NCBI GenBank assembly: GCA_964019335.1
Contig: OZ025653.1
Coordinates: 806,001-870,000 of the forward strand
Length of the DNA stretch: 64,000 nt
Reading direction: 5' to 3'
Source: Diplonema japonicum
Lineage: Eukaryota; Protista; Euglenozoa: Diplonemea
Part shown: piece by piece, positions 32,601 to 44,601 of the stretch
Numbering within the stretch: position 1 is the first letter of the stretch
Layout: each line of letters opens with the position of its first letter
Notes under the pieces: model-generated
Seen by the model: the letters and a program-made list of their open reading frames with translations, nothing else
What the model was told of the DNA's origin: nothing
Database searches by the model: none
Translations under genes and position numbers: made by a program

Positions 32601-32752
32601 AAGCGGTATGGCGCGGCGGTCTCGGCAGGTCTTTTACAGCAGCACAACGGGAGAAGCAAGAAGCCTGGAAGATCCGAGCTTGTAATGCAGCTCAAGTAAT
32701 CCAGACCTTCTGGAAGTGTTATAGTGATGTGTTCCTCGAAAATGGAATATAG
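29639..32752 (+). CDS. Multi-IQ-motif (calmodulin-binding) protein, 1037 aa, with a possible degenerate ADP-ribosyltransferase-like domain
   Basis: Many IQ-like motifs (CIQLHWRRY, ILQTYWKRH, AIQTASRRW, LIQSVYRRW, VLQSWWRQR, QVQAVWRGG); ACTACAG acceptor before the ATG. Confidence 0.82.
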   Translation: MFTEQHKNAAENNIVVPAAAFVKRKESSHHTVVNGNSGGSDAAKVKLEGEYCTHILKEEGDSWRLGAHELKWSPCSIMVSHNDKWQVFDRRAGISFLESSDGMSWYRVTEVAAVFPMAFESVHLPSETTVLHFSNAVLRGSEGEFAIEMCDSLYLADLPDCCTQCTLTSTSKLLTVQTPVCDYVVGSASLEKTMMGWHMHVISEGRNEHTPPRRLTKCLSEVVIDIEENYLFIEVPSLPCLTGWCKQVARDLWTSQTHIGWWWYTPGSGRGGWRSALTVKCKPYQAEWSGMQVSKFTQSRKTLLMKKTALKELSNELVRSWKTTHTLEDDIAGFIEVENCPEMQSTLYTRCTDLWFNSSVTAGDFPEKRWPALLCALWAEMVLAAFKTKPVDLFAPCTRNDLVTCETTPSVGWCLPIEASASMHRTTGFRLKNVTAVTIGSQCFIPPFTVFTVGAITRHKARTVVELHSAGNLRKPSSLFSQICLQESSDILLQRAHAHTGLTTKSESCSQLSIGQLLDTEEHENEVRAEPATVRTISALAKAAVKSLKSRRVHPQYAIRTSAARTRLLTNTIRDKWRLLRSVCRLLSKIRTWATRARVTASATAISHYYMRTSLFNRVGGLINRGRAACWLQRIGRALKSRKWLFQQVLVRKALQRAHNALLWGCFCKWRLFLWKVSADAVARFVVCRTRALWLSKVCCARNILTSKRRERTQAACCIQLHWRRYMSKKQRDHAVLILQTYWKRHRSRKNARCKANAQSILKRSWLCYQARMRASQLSIQRSVLKAEDSAQAKVAEHRVAVAMLIRCWQDYKIRQLASKTAIDNRCSLVQVFGNAALSRGVAMKKRQRLAAATAIQTASRRWLKLFTARRLSAAALLQCGWRDYKLRSDAREQTRQKRAILKIRHWEGLEHEAATLIQSVYRRWAAHTQFLEFQLQRTATKAENLNSVVQIEAALVLQSWWRQRLAQTHLHLKREHIRLCSAATQVQAVWRGGLGRSFTAAQREKQEAWKIRACNAAQVIQTFWKCYSDVFLENGI

Positions 32753-32852
32753 CACACTGCACTGTTCTTTATGGCCAGTAGTTTTTTGTGTACTTCCTTC
32801 TTAACCAGTACTTTCGATTCTCTTTGTGCCTCTTCCTCAACACACCACAGAC

Positions 32853-35800
32853 ATGTCTAGATATACGAGCGAAACATGGCATAGTGATCCTGAAGCAAGA
32901 AACTGGAAGCTCAATGCTCTCAAAGAACAGGTCCTAAAATTAAAAAAAGAACGCGAAATAGACGGCCGTGACACACATGCAGGAGCGGGGACGGGGAGGC
33001 AAACTAAAGTTAGCAACCAGGGGAAGTACTCTGAACCTTTTCGGAAAATAATTACCGAACTTGAAGAAGAAGTAAAGCTCTTAAAGGTTCAAGTGATCAC
33101 GAAAAACCAGACACTGCATGACCTGGAAGACATCATAAAAAGCCATCAGAAAGAAAGCCGTGGTCTTGCGAGCAAGACACAACGGGAACAGGCGGTCTTG
33201 CAAGCAGCTCTCGACCAACGTGATGTTGAGGTGCAGAGGTTAGAAACGCAGCTGGAAAGCGCAGTAGTGTTGAAAGAAGAATGTGAGGAGTCAGTGGCGC
33301 TGATGCAGCAGTTCGTAGAGGAGAAGGACAAGACGATCAACTTGCTGAAAATGAAGTTAGAAGACGAGGTTGACAAGCTAGAGGCAGTGCGCCTGGAGGA
33401 CATCGGGACGGCCAATGAGGAGATGAGGATGTTGAAAAGGAGAGTGAGTGAGTATGTCACAAACATAAGTCATACAAATGCAGCTCACGGTCTGAACACG
33501 AAGACACAAGAAGAACAGTGTCACAGCTCAAGAAGGCCTTGCGGGACGCCCAGCAAAGGTGCGCATTCATGATTTGAGATTAAACAACACAGCCATGCCT
33601 TGGAAATACGCGAGCTGAAAATGCAGGCGGCGGGCGCCGTGACTAATGCCGCTGCAACACTCCAAGCGGAGTTAGATAATTGTCATTTGGAACAAGGGAA
33701 ACTGAAACAAGAAAAAGATTTCTTAGAAACTAAGTTTCAGAGAAGTCTAGACCGTCAGACAGCAACTCTGGAAGCAGAGCACACCGAAGCCTGCACTGCA
33801 TATGAAAAGCAGGTATCACACACGAAGGACGACAAGTCGACAGATACACGACCTTCAAGAAGACATCAAGACAAGCGAAAAAATAAACAAGGAGTTGCAG
33901 CACAGTCATGCCCAGCAAGCTGACGTGATTGCTAGGCAGGTTTGTCACAACAACTGAAAGACCTGCACAGACTGCCGAGCTGGACGAAGCTGATGCCCAC
34001 GCAGAGCTGATCGGTGATTCTGACAAGAGGATCGAAAGCCTTCAGAAGAAATTCGAAGCAGAGATCCAGCGTGTTGAGAGGAAAGTGACACGTATCGAGC
34101 AAGAGGTATCCACAAAAGTTGCTACGACAACATAACTGCAGCGCGACGAAGTAATAGCCAGGCTCAAGGATGTTTCGCAAGAGGTTGCGGATTTTAATGA
34201 AAGCAAAGAAAGTCTTATGAGAGACCTTCAGGCCATCGAACAAGCCAACTCACTGCTCAATCTTGAGACTGCAGAGTTGGAAAAAACAGTTAATGAACTA
34301 AGGACTGAGGTTGATGAAAAAATTGAACAAAACAGGACTCTACAAGTATGTGCAAACAATTTAACGAACAATCACGGCGATAGATGCGGCACAAGGAACT
34401 CGACCTCCTCATCGCGGACAAGAGCGAAGAAGTAGAAGTTCTTAAAAAAGAGCTGGAGCAAGCGCTTGCAATGGGAACCGAGTTGGAAGCTACCAGCGAT
34501 ATGATGCATGTGAGCAGCAAGAGACAAGAGGAGAGGTTGCTACAAAAGGAGGCCGCGCACTCAGAAATGGCAGAGCGCTGTAGGGTATGCACGAGATTAG
34601 ATGGATTATGGCACAATTACAAACAGAACCAAGAGCAACTGACTCAAGAACTCAGCAATAAAGTGTACCATCTCATGAACACGTTGGAGGAAAAGGCCGC
34701 ACAGATCGAGAGACTCGAAGCCATGTTGGAAGCCCAACAAAAGGTTGTCGACGTGGAATGCATGGTATACCATGACAAGGAACGGCTCAGCAGGGAGAAC
34801 ATGAGTAAACTGCAAGCTGAGGTGCGTGAAGTCACTCATGGCAAGTTACAGCAGGAGCAACAGATTACTTTACTACGAAAAGATCTGCAGAATGCAGAAT
34901 CAGAAACTGCGGCATTGCAAGAACGCCTTTCTCTGATTCCGGAAATGCAAGCTGATAAAACAAGTCTCTTTGCTAAGTACGCAGAACTGGAGGACAAGCT
35001 GGCTTGCGAGCAGGACACAGTCAAGTCGTTGAGGAGAGTCATTCACGAGAAAGAGGCTGCCATTGCAAGTGCAGGCAACCAAATGCAGAACACAAAAGAA
35101 TCTTATGAGGAAGCTCTTGAGCAAGTACAAATAGGAGAAGCTGCACGTGATGTGCTCATGTCACTGCTCACGAACTCATTAAACAAGCAGCACGACAGCA
35201 TCTCATCGTTCAATGCAATGAGCATGCATTCCCTTGCTACACAGTGTGTGTACAGAGTAGAAGAATTAGCGAGAAGTCTAACAGAGGCAATGAAACTCAA
35301 CGATTACTTAACATCTGTCAGGAAGCACGTGATCGACAGATGGAACAAACTCAGCACCGAAGTGCAGCTCGCTTTAGACAATGAGCAAGTCCTCCGTGAC
35401 GAAGAGGAGCCGTCCTTAGGAAGGGATACCGACGTGGCTGCTGATCGGGTGCAGTGGAACGCTGTTAAGACGAAGATGCTCAAAGCTGTCAATCTACTTG
35501 AAAAAGCTGTGGTTTCGCAGCAAACAATCGAATCCCTAAAAATAGAAAAGGAGAGTCTCGAAGATCTGGTGGAGGAGCGTAGCGATTGGAAAGAAACATT
35601 CCTCACCGAAACAAGACAGGCTACTGTGCAAGGTATTGCAACGGCATACAAACATGTTATGGAGATCAGCAAGGCTGCTTCAAACGTGAAACGTAAGCTT
35701 CGAAAAGACGCGCCACCTGAGTGTGAGGAGGTAACTGAACACGTTTCACAGACAAAAACCTTGCTTACTAAGACAATAGCCTCTTGCTTTACAGCAAAGG

Positions 35801-35874
35801 AAAAAGTTTCTTGCGGACTGACAGGGCACACGTTCGAGGTAAAGCGCAGAAAGTCTAGACCGACGGCAACATAA
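32853..35874 (+). CDS. Long coiled-coil protein; introns 33452-33483, 33559-33592, 33813-33843, 33940-33970, 34106-34141, 34346-34383 and probably 34585-34626
   Basis: E/K/L/Q-rich heptads; six short GT-AG introns join the ORF-track fragments into one frame; the seventh is a stopless 42-nt candidate. Confidence 0.8.
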
Positions 35875-35929
35875 CACGGTAATCTTCTAGTAATAGTGCT
35901 TCAGTTCCTCACTTTATAATCATACAGGA

Positions 35930-37348
35930 ATGGATGCACGTGGGGAGCTTGACCTACTGCGGTGGCATGGGGCAGCTGTATTGACCTGTTTGATTGTTCT
36001 CTCTTGTGCAGGCAAGCGGAACGACAATTTAGCACCTGAAGAACAAATTCAATTATCAACCTTTAAAAGGCAATATCTTCCTGCTTACCTCCTTGCAACG
36101 TTCTGTGACTGGATACAAGGCCCTTACCAGTTCAAAGTCTACCTGACATATGGCCTGACGGAAGAACAAATTGGGCGTCTGTACGTAGCAGGGTTCGGTT
36201 CCTCGCTCACTCTAGGCACATATGTGGCTTCTCTTGCCGACTCACGGGGAAGGAAGATGGGATGTTTCTGGTACTGCATCACATGTGCCTTGAGCTGCCT
36301 CACGAAGAATAGTTCGAGCTTCACGGTCCTTTTGCTAGGCAGGGTACTGGGTGGTGTTGCAGCGTCACTTCTCTTCTCAACCTTTGAGTCCTGGTGCGTA
36401 ACTGAGGCGAGAAGGAAAGGGCTACCTTCAAACTGTTTGGCCTCTCTTTTTACGACAGCAAGCTTCCTGAATGGGTTGGTTGCCATCATCGCATCGCTGT
36501 TCGGGCACGCGCTCGTTGTGCTCAGCTCTGGTGATGTTGTCACTCCCTTCAACGCAGTGCCGTTGATCCTTGTGGCTTGTGCCAGTATCATGTTCTACAA
36601 ATGGGACGAAAATTATGGCGAGCGTGAAGCCGATGGCACTGGGACCAGCACTTTGGCACAAGGGTTGTCTTTTATGTTCTCCGAGCCGAAGCTCCCGCTG
36701 CTAGGGCTGATCGGATCGCTTTTTGATGCCGCGTTGTACATTTTTATTTTCCTATGGACCTTGTCCCTCGAGAAGCGTTCTGCAGACCCCACTAGCATCC
36801 CGTATGGCATTGCATTCGCCCTCTTTATGGGTTGGTGCATGATTGGTGCATTGATGTGCCAACTGTTTTTGTCTTCGACACAAAACAGTGTCACACTGAA
36901 TGCGGCAAGGCTACTGATGTTGTTGTTATTGCTTGCCTGCACAGGTTTATGGCCGTGTTTAAGCCCTTACTCCTCGTATTCTGCTGTGTTCAATGGGTTC
37001 TGCCTTCTTGAGTTTGCTTTTGGTGCTTACTCGCCAGTAATAGCACTGCTCAGGGCCTGCCATCTTGATGATAAGCATCGGACTTCGGTGACAGCACTGT
37101 ACAGAACACCCACGAACCTGTCTGTGTGCCTTGTCTTGTTCTACGCTGGGAGTATTCCTGAGGCCATGGAGATCGGCCTGTGCATCCTCTTGCTCGTGAC
37201 AGCCTTTCTCGCTAATGTGATGTTCCTCTACGTTGGTGGAGGAACTGTCAAGGAGGAGCCCAATGCTGTCGAGCAAGTTGAAGAACCTCTGAAATCACGA
37301 GAAAAAGTCAAAGCACGGAGCCCGCAGGGCAACATGGTGGAAGTATGA
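35930..37348 (+). CDS. MFSD5: MFS transporter, MFSD5/MOT2 (DUF791) molybdate-anion transporter family
   Basis: FKRQYL..YLLA..CDWIQGPY, ADSRGRK, GRVLGG.A.SLLFSTFESW, WDENYG, YRTPTN. Confidence 0.88.
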   Translation: MDARGELDLLRWHGAAVLTCLIVLSCAGKRNDNLAPEEQIQLSTFKRQYLPAYLLATFCDWIQGPYQFKVYLTYGLTEEQIGRLYVAGFGSSLTLGTYVASLADSRGRKMGCFWYCITCALSCLTKNSSSFTVLLLGRVLGGVAASLLFSTFESWCVTEARRKGLPSNCLASLFTTASFLNGLVAIIASLFGHALVVLSSGDVVTPFNAVPLILVACASIMFYKWDENYGEREADGTGTSTLAQGLSFMFSEPKLPLLGLIGSLFDAALYIFIFLWTLSLEKRSADPTSIPYGIAFALFMGWCMIGALMCQLFLSSTQNSVTLNAARLLMLLLLLACTGLWPCLSPYSSYSAVFNGFCLLEFAFGAYSPVIALLRACHLDDKHRTSVTALYRTPTNLSVCLVLFYAGSIPEAMEIGLCILLLVTAFLANVMFLYVGGGTVKEEPNAVEQVEEPLKSREKVKARSPQGNMVEV

Positions 37349-37974
37349 ATGAACACTAACAGAACATATAAAAAGAAAACGAAGGGAACATAGAAGCACC
37401 TAATACGGTCATGTGTATCTCTTAAGTAGAAACCTGCCTATAGTAACATAGTTTTCCACTTTCCCTTCTTCCTGCATCAGCCATAATTCCCTACAGGATT
37501 TCAATAAGATTGCCACAAGGCCAAACATCATCACATTCTTGACTGTTTTGATATTCTGATCCGCAGTACTTCCCCAGGTGTGCCTTTGACAACACCACCA
37601 AACATAACACAGAATTATCAAAGCGCTGAAATATCAAGATGGCTTCATGTGGACCTATTTTCAAGGCTACCCACTGAGGTGGGCTCCTTGCAATATTCTA
37701 TAAAAGTTTAGTCTCAATCTTAACTAAATCTTTTCCACCAAACAGTTGCTTGCTTTGTCGCTAATAGCTCGCTGTTAGTTAAATCACACAAGCATCTCTC
37801 CCTGTAGCAGGTCATAGGAACAAGGAGCCTTTGTCCTCTACTCCACCATCATACATAGTCACCCCTTCCCATCCACATAAGCTTTTTTCCCCATTCTCTG
37901 TTTTTGTCTTTAAGTCCACCTTCTCCCCTCTCTTCCCTTTGTTCCGTTTTCTTTCTTTCCATTCTACCGCTGAG

Positions 37975-38814
37975 ATGATTGGGAGAAGTAAGGAACGTGT
38001 TGGCAAAAAGAAGAAGCCTCCTTTGGCTCCTCTTAGCACAGGCTTCGTGGAGGTATGGTTGTGCAACAAACAATTATCCTTCAGACACACAAACCGGTGC
38101 ACCGTGTGACCGATAGCGAAAAGGCTCTGGAATTCATCAGACCAGAGAGGACCATCTCTGGTTCACTGTCTCAGATCACACCATGGCTGTACTTGGGAAG
38201 TCTCTCCGATGCGCTTGATAGAACTCTCCTCAAAAGCCACGGAATTGACTACATCCTCAACACAGCCAAGGAATGTGAATCGGGTGGTGAGTCGTCAAGT
38301 GAGTCATCTGGCGGCGAGAGCCCCGATGGCACATGCAAGTGGCCACAGTACCTTAAGCTTGATCTTGTAGACCACGCCGATGAAGCGATCTCAACTGTTT
38401 TCCAAAGAGCGTTCTCCTTCATCGAACATGCTAGGAGGGAGAAAAAGAAGGTAAGTTAGGGCATCACTGCCTGCCTGATGATACTTCCCAAATAAAACAC
38501 AAGGTACTTGTTCACTGCCGCCGTGGTATCAGCCGCAGTGCGACGCTCGTGATCGCCTACTTAATGAAGTACAGCAATAAGCAGTTAGACGATGCCTTCA
38601 ACTACGTCAGAGACAAGAGGTCCATCATCAACCCTAACCTTGGTTTTGTGTTGTCCTTGGAGACATTCGCACAGCAGCTGGGACATGCGCCGAAGTATGG
38701 AATGAATATCTTTTATTACAATAACACAGGTGCGATAGCATTCTGAACATGCCTGACGAACACGCGTTGTCGGGCATCACCCAGCTAGGGTTCAGTCAGC
38801 CTATTGAAGCATAG
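37975..38814 (+). CDS. Dual-specificity protein phosphatase; introns 38053-38084, 38451-38503, 38695-38729
   Basis: SQITPWLYLGS, VLVHCRRGISRSATLVIAYLM, INPNLGF after splicing. Confidence 0.92.
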
Positions 38815-39142
38815 CACATTGCCTATGCAGAGTGGGAGATCGAGGACAGCAACCCATCGCTGCTGTTCTCTCTTCCGTGCCGTACACCTTACCTCTTTCT
38901 TTCCTCTTCCCCTCGCCGCCCCCTGTTTCATACTTTTTGCACGTTCACTTGTCGTTTGTATGTATGCCTTGCCTGCTTGCTGTTGCATTACTTGCTGAGC
39001 GGTGCCAGCTTCCTACGTGGTGTGACCTTGAACGTGGCCTCAGTAGTTCGGGTGTTTACCCAACCTACCTACCCTACCCAGACCACAGACCACCTATGGC
39101 CTGCAACCTCCGTCTCAGCAAGCTGCTAGTGCAACAGCAACA

Positions 39143-39357
39143 GGTCGTCTTTTAAATGCACTCTTTCAATTTAACTCATCCCTTCATTTCCACCTTAACT
39201 TTTTGAGGCCCTGACAACTTAGCCTGCCTGAGGCTCTTTAATAACACGTATCAATGTTCCAAATTTGTGCTTAGACCTTAGTTACCCGTGTGACCTAACA
39301 TTAAATTCGCGAGTCTGGCGTGAGTTAAATTGAAAAAGTGTATTGAAAATACGACTT
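39143..39357. mobile_element. Degenerate MITE-like inverted repeat (~215 bp)
   Basis: gtcgtcttttaaatgcactctttcaatttaactca is an imperfect inverted match to tgagttaaattgaaaaagtgtattgaaaatacgac; no TSD seen. Confidence 0.6.
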
Positions 39358-40392
39358 TCCCTTGTTTACCCGTCCTTTTATTTTCTCCCCTCTTTTTTCT
39401 CACAAATGAAAAAAAAAGAAAAAAAAAAAATAGTACCACGCACTTACCACGCGCGCAGGGATAGGTTTGGGCATCTGTTCCTGTTGTAAATGTAATTCAA
39501 ACGACAATCCCTTTTACCCTCCTCCCGGACCCCTGTCTCGTTGCAAGCCGAACATCTCCTTTCCCAGGCTTTAGTTGATAGCATCTGTGGAAGGTACAAA
39601 ACAATGAATACTACGCCTTGTTCCTTCCTATCCTTAAGGAAACAGGCTTCAGGGCACATCAGAAGAGCACCGCTGGGCAAGGTCACTGTGGCATTGTCTG
39701 AAGTGATGGCTCTGCTTTTGAAACTTTGGGTCTACTTACAAACGAACAAGAAAAAGAAGAAGAAAAATGAGCGAATAAAAAAAAAGAAAGAAATCATATC
39801 CCCTTTTCTTTGCTCTCCCTCCTTCTCACCCCCGTTTTTTTTCTTCTTTTTTCTTCCTCTCCATGTGTCCCAGAGGAATAAGGGCCCTTTCAAAGCCACT
39901 ACCTAGGGTCCCCTGCCCACCAGATTGGTAACTGTTGGGACACCACGATTATCTGCTCCATCATAATGTTTATTGCATCGCTGCCTTACCGCTCTTCCAT
40001 TTTTTTATAGCAACTGGTCGACCCACCTACGCCTGTGCGCCTTGGTGGTACGCCGTGCCTATCCTTGCTCTCGTCCAGGCTTTTAGCTTCTACAATGGAG
40101 ATGGGAGCAGCATGTTGGGTAACTCTTTATGCCACAGCAACCTGCTTGTGCGCAGGGCTGGGTTTAGAAAGAAAAGTAGTTAGAGTTCCTGACAAACAGG
40201 ACAACATTTTTGAGAGCTGTAAAATAAGAAATGAACCTTCCCTCCCTCCCCACCACCTTATTTCGTGATGAGTACTTTGGCATGGACCGCAGCCCGCAGT
40301 TGCAATTGCGGACAACACGCCTCAGCACCATTGCTGTCTACCCACAAGACTTGTTTTCATTTGCTCGCGTTCACCGCCATGGCACCATAGCG

Positions 40393-41181
40393 ATGACACA
40401 CACAAAAGATGTTACCGAGAGCGTGATGGAGCTGCTCATGACAGAAACTGCGTACCACTACGCCGCTCTGAAACCAGACAAGGCAGACATGTACCACTCC
40501 CTGGACTCCCTAGGTTTCAGAGTAGGTACTGCTATAATGGAGCGAATGATGAAAGATAAGCAGCTAATGTCTCTACAAGGTGAACGACCAACAGAAGCTG
40601 TGAAGCTAATATGTAGAGACTTTTGGTCGTTGGCGTTCAAGAAGCAAACAGACGGGCTGAAAATGAACAAGCAGGGGGTATGGCTGTTGTTACATTCAAC
40701 ATACCACTACAGACTTATATTTTGAAGGATAAAAATTTTAATTTACTCAAGCACGTTACACACCAAAAAGAAGAAATCTACCAACCGGGCATGAGGGGCA
40801 CCTTGGCAAGTGAAATCACGGTTGATGATAAGAAATTCACCCCCGGTACTAAAATAGTTATTACCAAAATTGTTAGTGCCAAAGTCGGGGCAGAAGTAGT
40901 TGAATGTTCTGTGGATGGGTGTGTGACAACTCTTGGAGCAGGCTCCTTTGAAGTGGTATGTTACTGTTGCCGCTGCATAGCATACACAGGACTCGCCGCC
41001 CCACATCAACCCTGAGCATCTCCTATACATCCCAGCGGGCATGCTGCGCGGTGCTCTCTACGCCATTGGCGTCGCTGCGTCGGTATGGCAGTAACTAGAC
41101 ACCACACCACACACCACACAGGTGAAGCCGCAAGTTGTCGATCGCGTCGTTGAATTTACAGTTGCGACGAACAAGAGTTAG
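40393..41181 (+). CDS. TRAPPC6: TRAPP complex subunit TRAPPC6/Trs33; introns 40678-40712, 40956-40989, 41083-41121
   Basis: LDSLGFRVG..IMER, KLICRDFW...FKKQTDGLKMNKQGTYILKD..F, PAGMLRGAL..IG. Confidence 0.88.
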
Positions 41182-41271
41182 ATTGTAGTAGGTGGTCTTT
41201 CCTATTTAATGTTATCTTTCTCGAAACCAACGATTCATTAGAAACGAAGAAGAAATAGCAACGTTGCAACA

Positions 41272-44200
41272 ATGGGCAACTGCTGTAGCAGTGAAGAACC
41301 GCAACCACGGAATCGTAAGAAGCTGATGCCCGCGCATGAAACGTCGCGTCAGCCGCAGAAGCCGATTGGTGTGGACCGGTCTGCCCTGAGGAGCTACCAG
41401 GAGTGGGGCAGGGCAATGAATGTGTACACGTCCACGATGACCATTCGTTTCGATTCGGACCCTCATCTCAAGCGCAGAATGCAAGAAAGCTCAGAACACA
41501 CGCTGAATCTACACCACGGAGGGGTACGGCGGGAGTCACGCGAGTGCAGGATGGCAGTTGAAAACGTAGTCAACACAGTGCCCCTTGAAGCGTACTTCCC
41601 TGAGCCCGCGCCCCCTGTGGACGCAGCAAGTGCTAACCGCTTGTTTGAACTACAGGAGAACGCTATATGGAGCGCATTAAAAGACGTAGGCATGAAACTT
41701 GTTCTTGACCGGGTCCTACCTTCCGAAGGCCCCGTCTACCCAGCACCCATGGACGAACCCTTCCACAAAAGAAGAGAGTTCGCTCCTATGCCTAGCACAT
41801 CACCCGAACCACAAGAGTACGAACATCAACAGCAGCAGCCCCAGAAACAAGAACGCATGCCCCTGAATGCTCGCACAAGACAGACACCGGAACCTCAGTT
41901 TGCCCAACCACAACCCCAATATCAGCAAACTCAGAATGAACCGCAGAAACCACATGAACAAGATCCGCATCAGTACAACTACCGCCATCCAACACCCCAA
42001 CTTTCGCAAGATCGCGACCCTGGCTTTGACCCTGAAAGGTCCATGACTCTTAGCGCTCTTATTACAGACGAATCGAGGCCTAGCAACTACAAGATCAGTG
42101 CTCAAACATTCGAGCCAGTCGAAGATCGTAAAAGCCAGGCATCACCTCCGAATGTCCACACACCGCACAGCATGGTCTCGGATGCCCAACTCAGGGGTAT
42201 AGCTACGCCTGTTGCAATAGAAGCTGCAGGTGAACCCTCAATGTGCAAGAGCACAAGTGACTGGACCCCACGAAAGGTAGAAACACCGAAAGGTCTCAGT
42301 TCGGCACGCCTGAGGGTAGATGTGCCTCTCGTAAGTGACAGGGACAGGACCATGACTGCATCGACACAAGGCCTTGTATCTGCACGCATCCCATTGTCGC
42401 CGAAGGAACGTGACACACTCGACTCACCTGTTGACATTTACAACGCGTTGCAGACAACGCCCTGCATTGAGTCCTGCCACCTTATCAAGGCCCCGATAAT
42501 CACTTCGCAGAACCGCGAGGAGCTCTACGACGACAATGGCGTGCCCATCAACGTAGTGCAGATGATTGAGGACAATAAAGTACTCTTCTGGAATGGGAAC
42601 ACAAATTTGCAGTTCATTGTCGACATGTTGGATGTCGAACCGGGCAGTGACGCCAAGGTGGAGTACGACTCTGATATGAAAGCAGAGGTCGTCTCAGCAG
42701 TCGTGTTCCCTGGTGAGACAAGGACCGTGTGCCAGAATTGGAATCAGTCGACGTTCCCAAAGTCAAGGTGGAAACTCGAGACACTGAGCGATGAGTACCT
42801 GAAATGGAAAAAAGCGGAGTTCGACCATTACATCTTTGATAGTTACCAGGACCAGAATAAACTCGTCGACAGCAGCTGGGAAGAGGCACAGGTACTGGAT
42901 GAGATAATACGACGCAATCATATGTTCATCGACTTGTGGTTCCTGCCTGGTGATCCGTCTCTGCTTGGGAAGGACCCGCTGGCTGCTGCCGAGATACCTG
43001 AATCGGTGTTGAAGTGTGGTTGGAGTAGGCACTACTTACCGCTTGATTCGCCTGATAAGGTTTTGTTTGACAGGAAACCAGTTTCTTCTGATGTCGACGT
43101 GTTCACTTCGCCGCTAGGCAACAGGTGGCTTCTGTGCGCTTTGGCCTCTATGTGCGACTACAACAACTTCATCAACAGCGACATCGACTTCATAGGTTCT
43201 ATTTTCTCCCTCTGCACACCTGAAATGTGCGCAACTGGTGGCTACAAGCTCATGCTGTGCAAAGATGGGTGGTGGAGCTCTGTCATTGTTGACGACGTGC
43301 TCCCGATGAGCTTCAACAACCTTGCGTTCGCATCTGACACTGGTGGGCCTCACCGGCAGTGGATACCCCTGGTGGAAAAGGCTTTGGCGAAGCTGTGCGG
43401 ATCATACGCATCACTTACTGGTGGGGGTTGCATTGACGAAGCGCTAGTGGACCTGACGGGATTCCCTGTAAAGTCCTACAGCGGAGAGGCATGGGATGAC
43501 ATGAAGGAGGTGATGATTGAGCTTATTGAAGAGTGGACCCAAAAGAAGTATCTCATTATATTGACAACACCACCAGAAGACGAAGAACCAGTTCAAGGCT
43601 TTGAGAAGCTTGGACTCGGAATGGGTTGTGGATACACAATCATAGGAACCGACGAGGACAAGGTGTTGATCAAGAACCCGTGGGGTGAGAACAACGATCT
43701 GACGGTGGTATGGGACGAGGTGTACAACCTCTTTTCTGGGCTCACTGTGTCCTTTATTGAGCCTTCATTTAAAGAGATTAGAATCTCAATGCCCGTGGAC
43801 ACATCAGGCATTATGTATCCTTTTGGTGTTCAGATAGATCTCGCAGAAGGTACCCCCCCTGTGCGGGCTCACATTCACGCACACCAGCGTGACAAGCGGC
43901 TGGATCCTGAAATAGAGCAGTATGGTGTGATGATGGTGACTGTGCTGGGGTACATGGGAGACGGCGAATGGATCAAGGTAAAAACTGTGAACGAGTGGCA
44001 GCCGCGTGATATGATTGTAAGTGATGATGATGATGCCGATCCTGCCGTACTGCTGCGCAGCAGCGACCATAGAACATACTTCATTGCATGGCACATGCAC
44101 CCACGTGCCAGAACAAGGGACAGCATCGTCGCATCTATTAGTTACGAGCCCGTTGCTGAGGAAATAGGAACTCTCACCTTCAAAGAGAACGCCGATTGGG

Positions 44201-44369
44201 ACTATACCAACGGTATGTCACACACCACACCGCACCACACCACACCACAGGCAATATCAAGACAAGCTTCGACGTAACGGAGCTGGCGCCCGTCGAAGTT
44301 TACATTCAAAAACGTGATAGCTTAGCAGCGCCCATCGATGCAGGGCTTGTTTCTTCTATCTCGCTGTAG
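41272..44369 (+). CDS. Calpain-like protein (dual-acylation N-terminus, DUF1935-like domain, CysPc domain lacking catalytic Cys/His); intron 44213-44250
   Basis: MGNCCSS; FIDLWFLP, LGNRWLLCAL, KDGWW..VIVDD.LP, W.PLVEKALAKLCGSY..L.GG, LVDLTGFP, KNPWG. Confidence 0.9.
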
Positions 44370-44601
44370 TTACTCTATTGTATTTCTGTTTCCACTTAGG
44401 TGAGCAATATAAAGCTGTAGAGCGAGGTCTGTAGTGTCGACGAGATAACCTGCCACCGATCAAGGATAGAAGTTCCGAGGTTTCTGTACACAACAAAATA
44501 GCCCGCTGTTGCTTTGACTGTTTTAGTTTTGTTTCTTTCCCTAGTTAACTTATTCTACATTTTTCTTTCCTAAACCTCTGAAGCTCCAATTGCAGGTAAA
44601 G

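Noticed and set aside
24540-34390. Programmed frameshifting, stop-codon reassignment or pseudogenes suggested by fragmented ORFs
   Set aside because: Every break is resolved by a canonical 31-65-nt GT-AG intron that restores frame and motifs.
41225-41235. AACCAACGATT resembling the 5' end of the diplonemid spliced leader as I recall it; also GTTTCTGTAC at ~44480
   Set aside because: Only 10-11 nt each, not contiguous, and no SL intron or Sm site; compatible with chance.
44435-44479. Possible extra 5' coding exon of the dynein gene (RDNLPPIKDRSSE, in frame if spliced to 44596)
   Set aside because: In-frame TAG immediately upstream and no ATG; could be a 5' UTR exon, but unsupported without RNA data.
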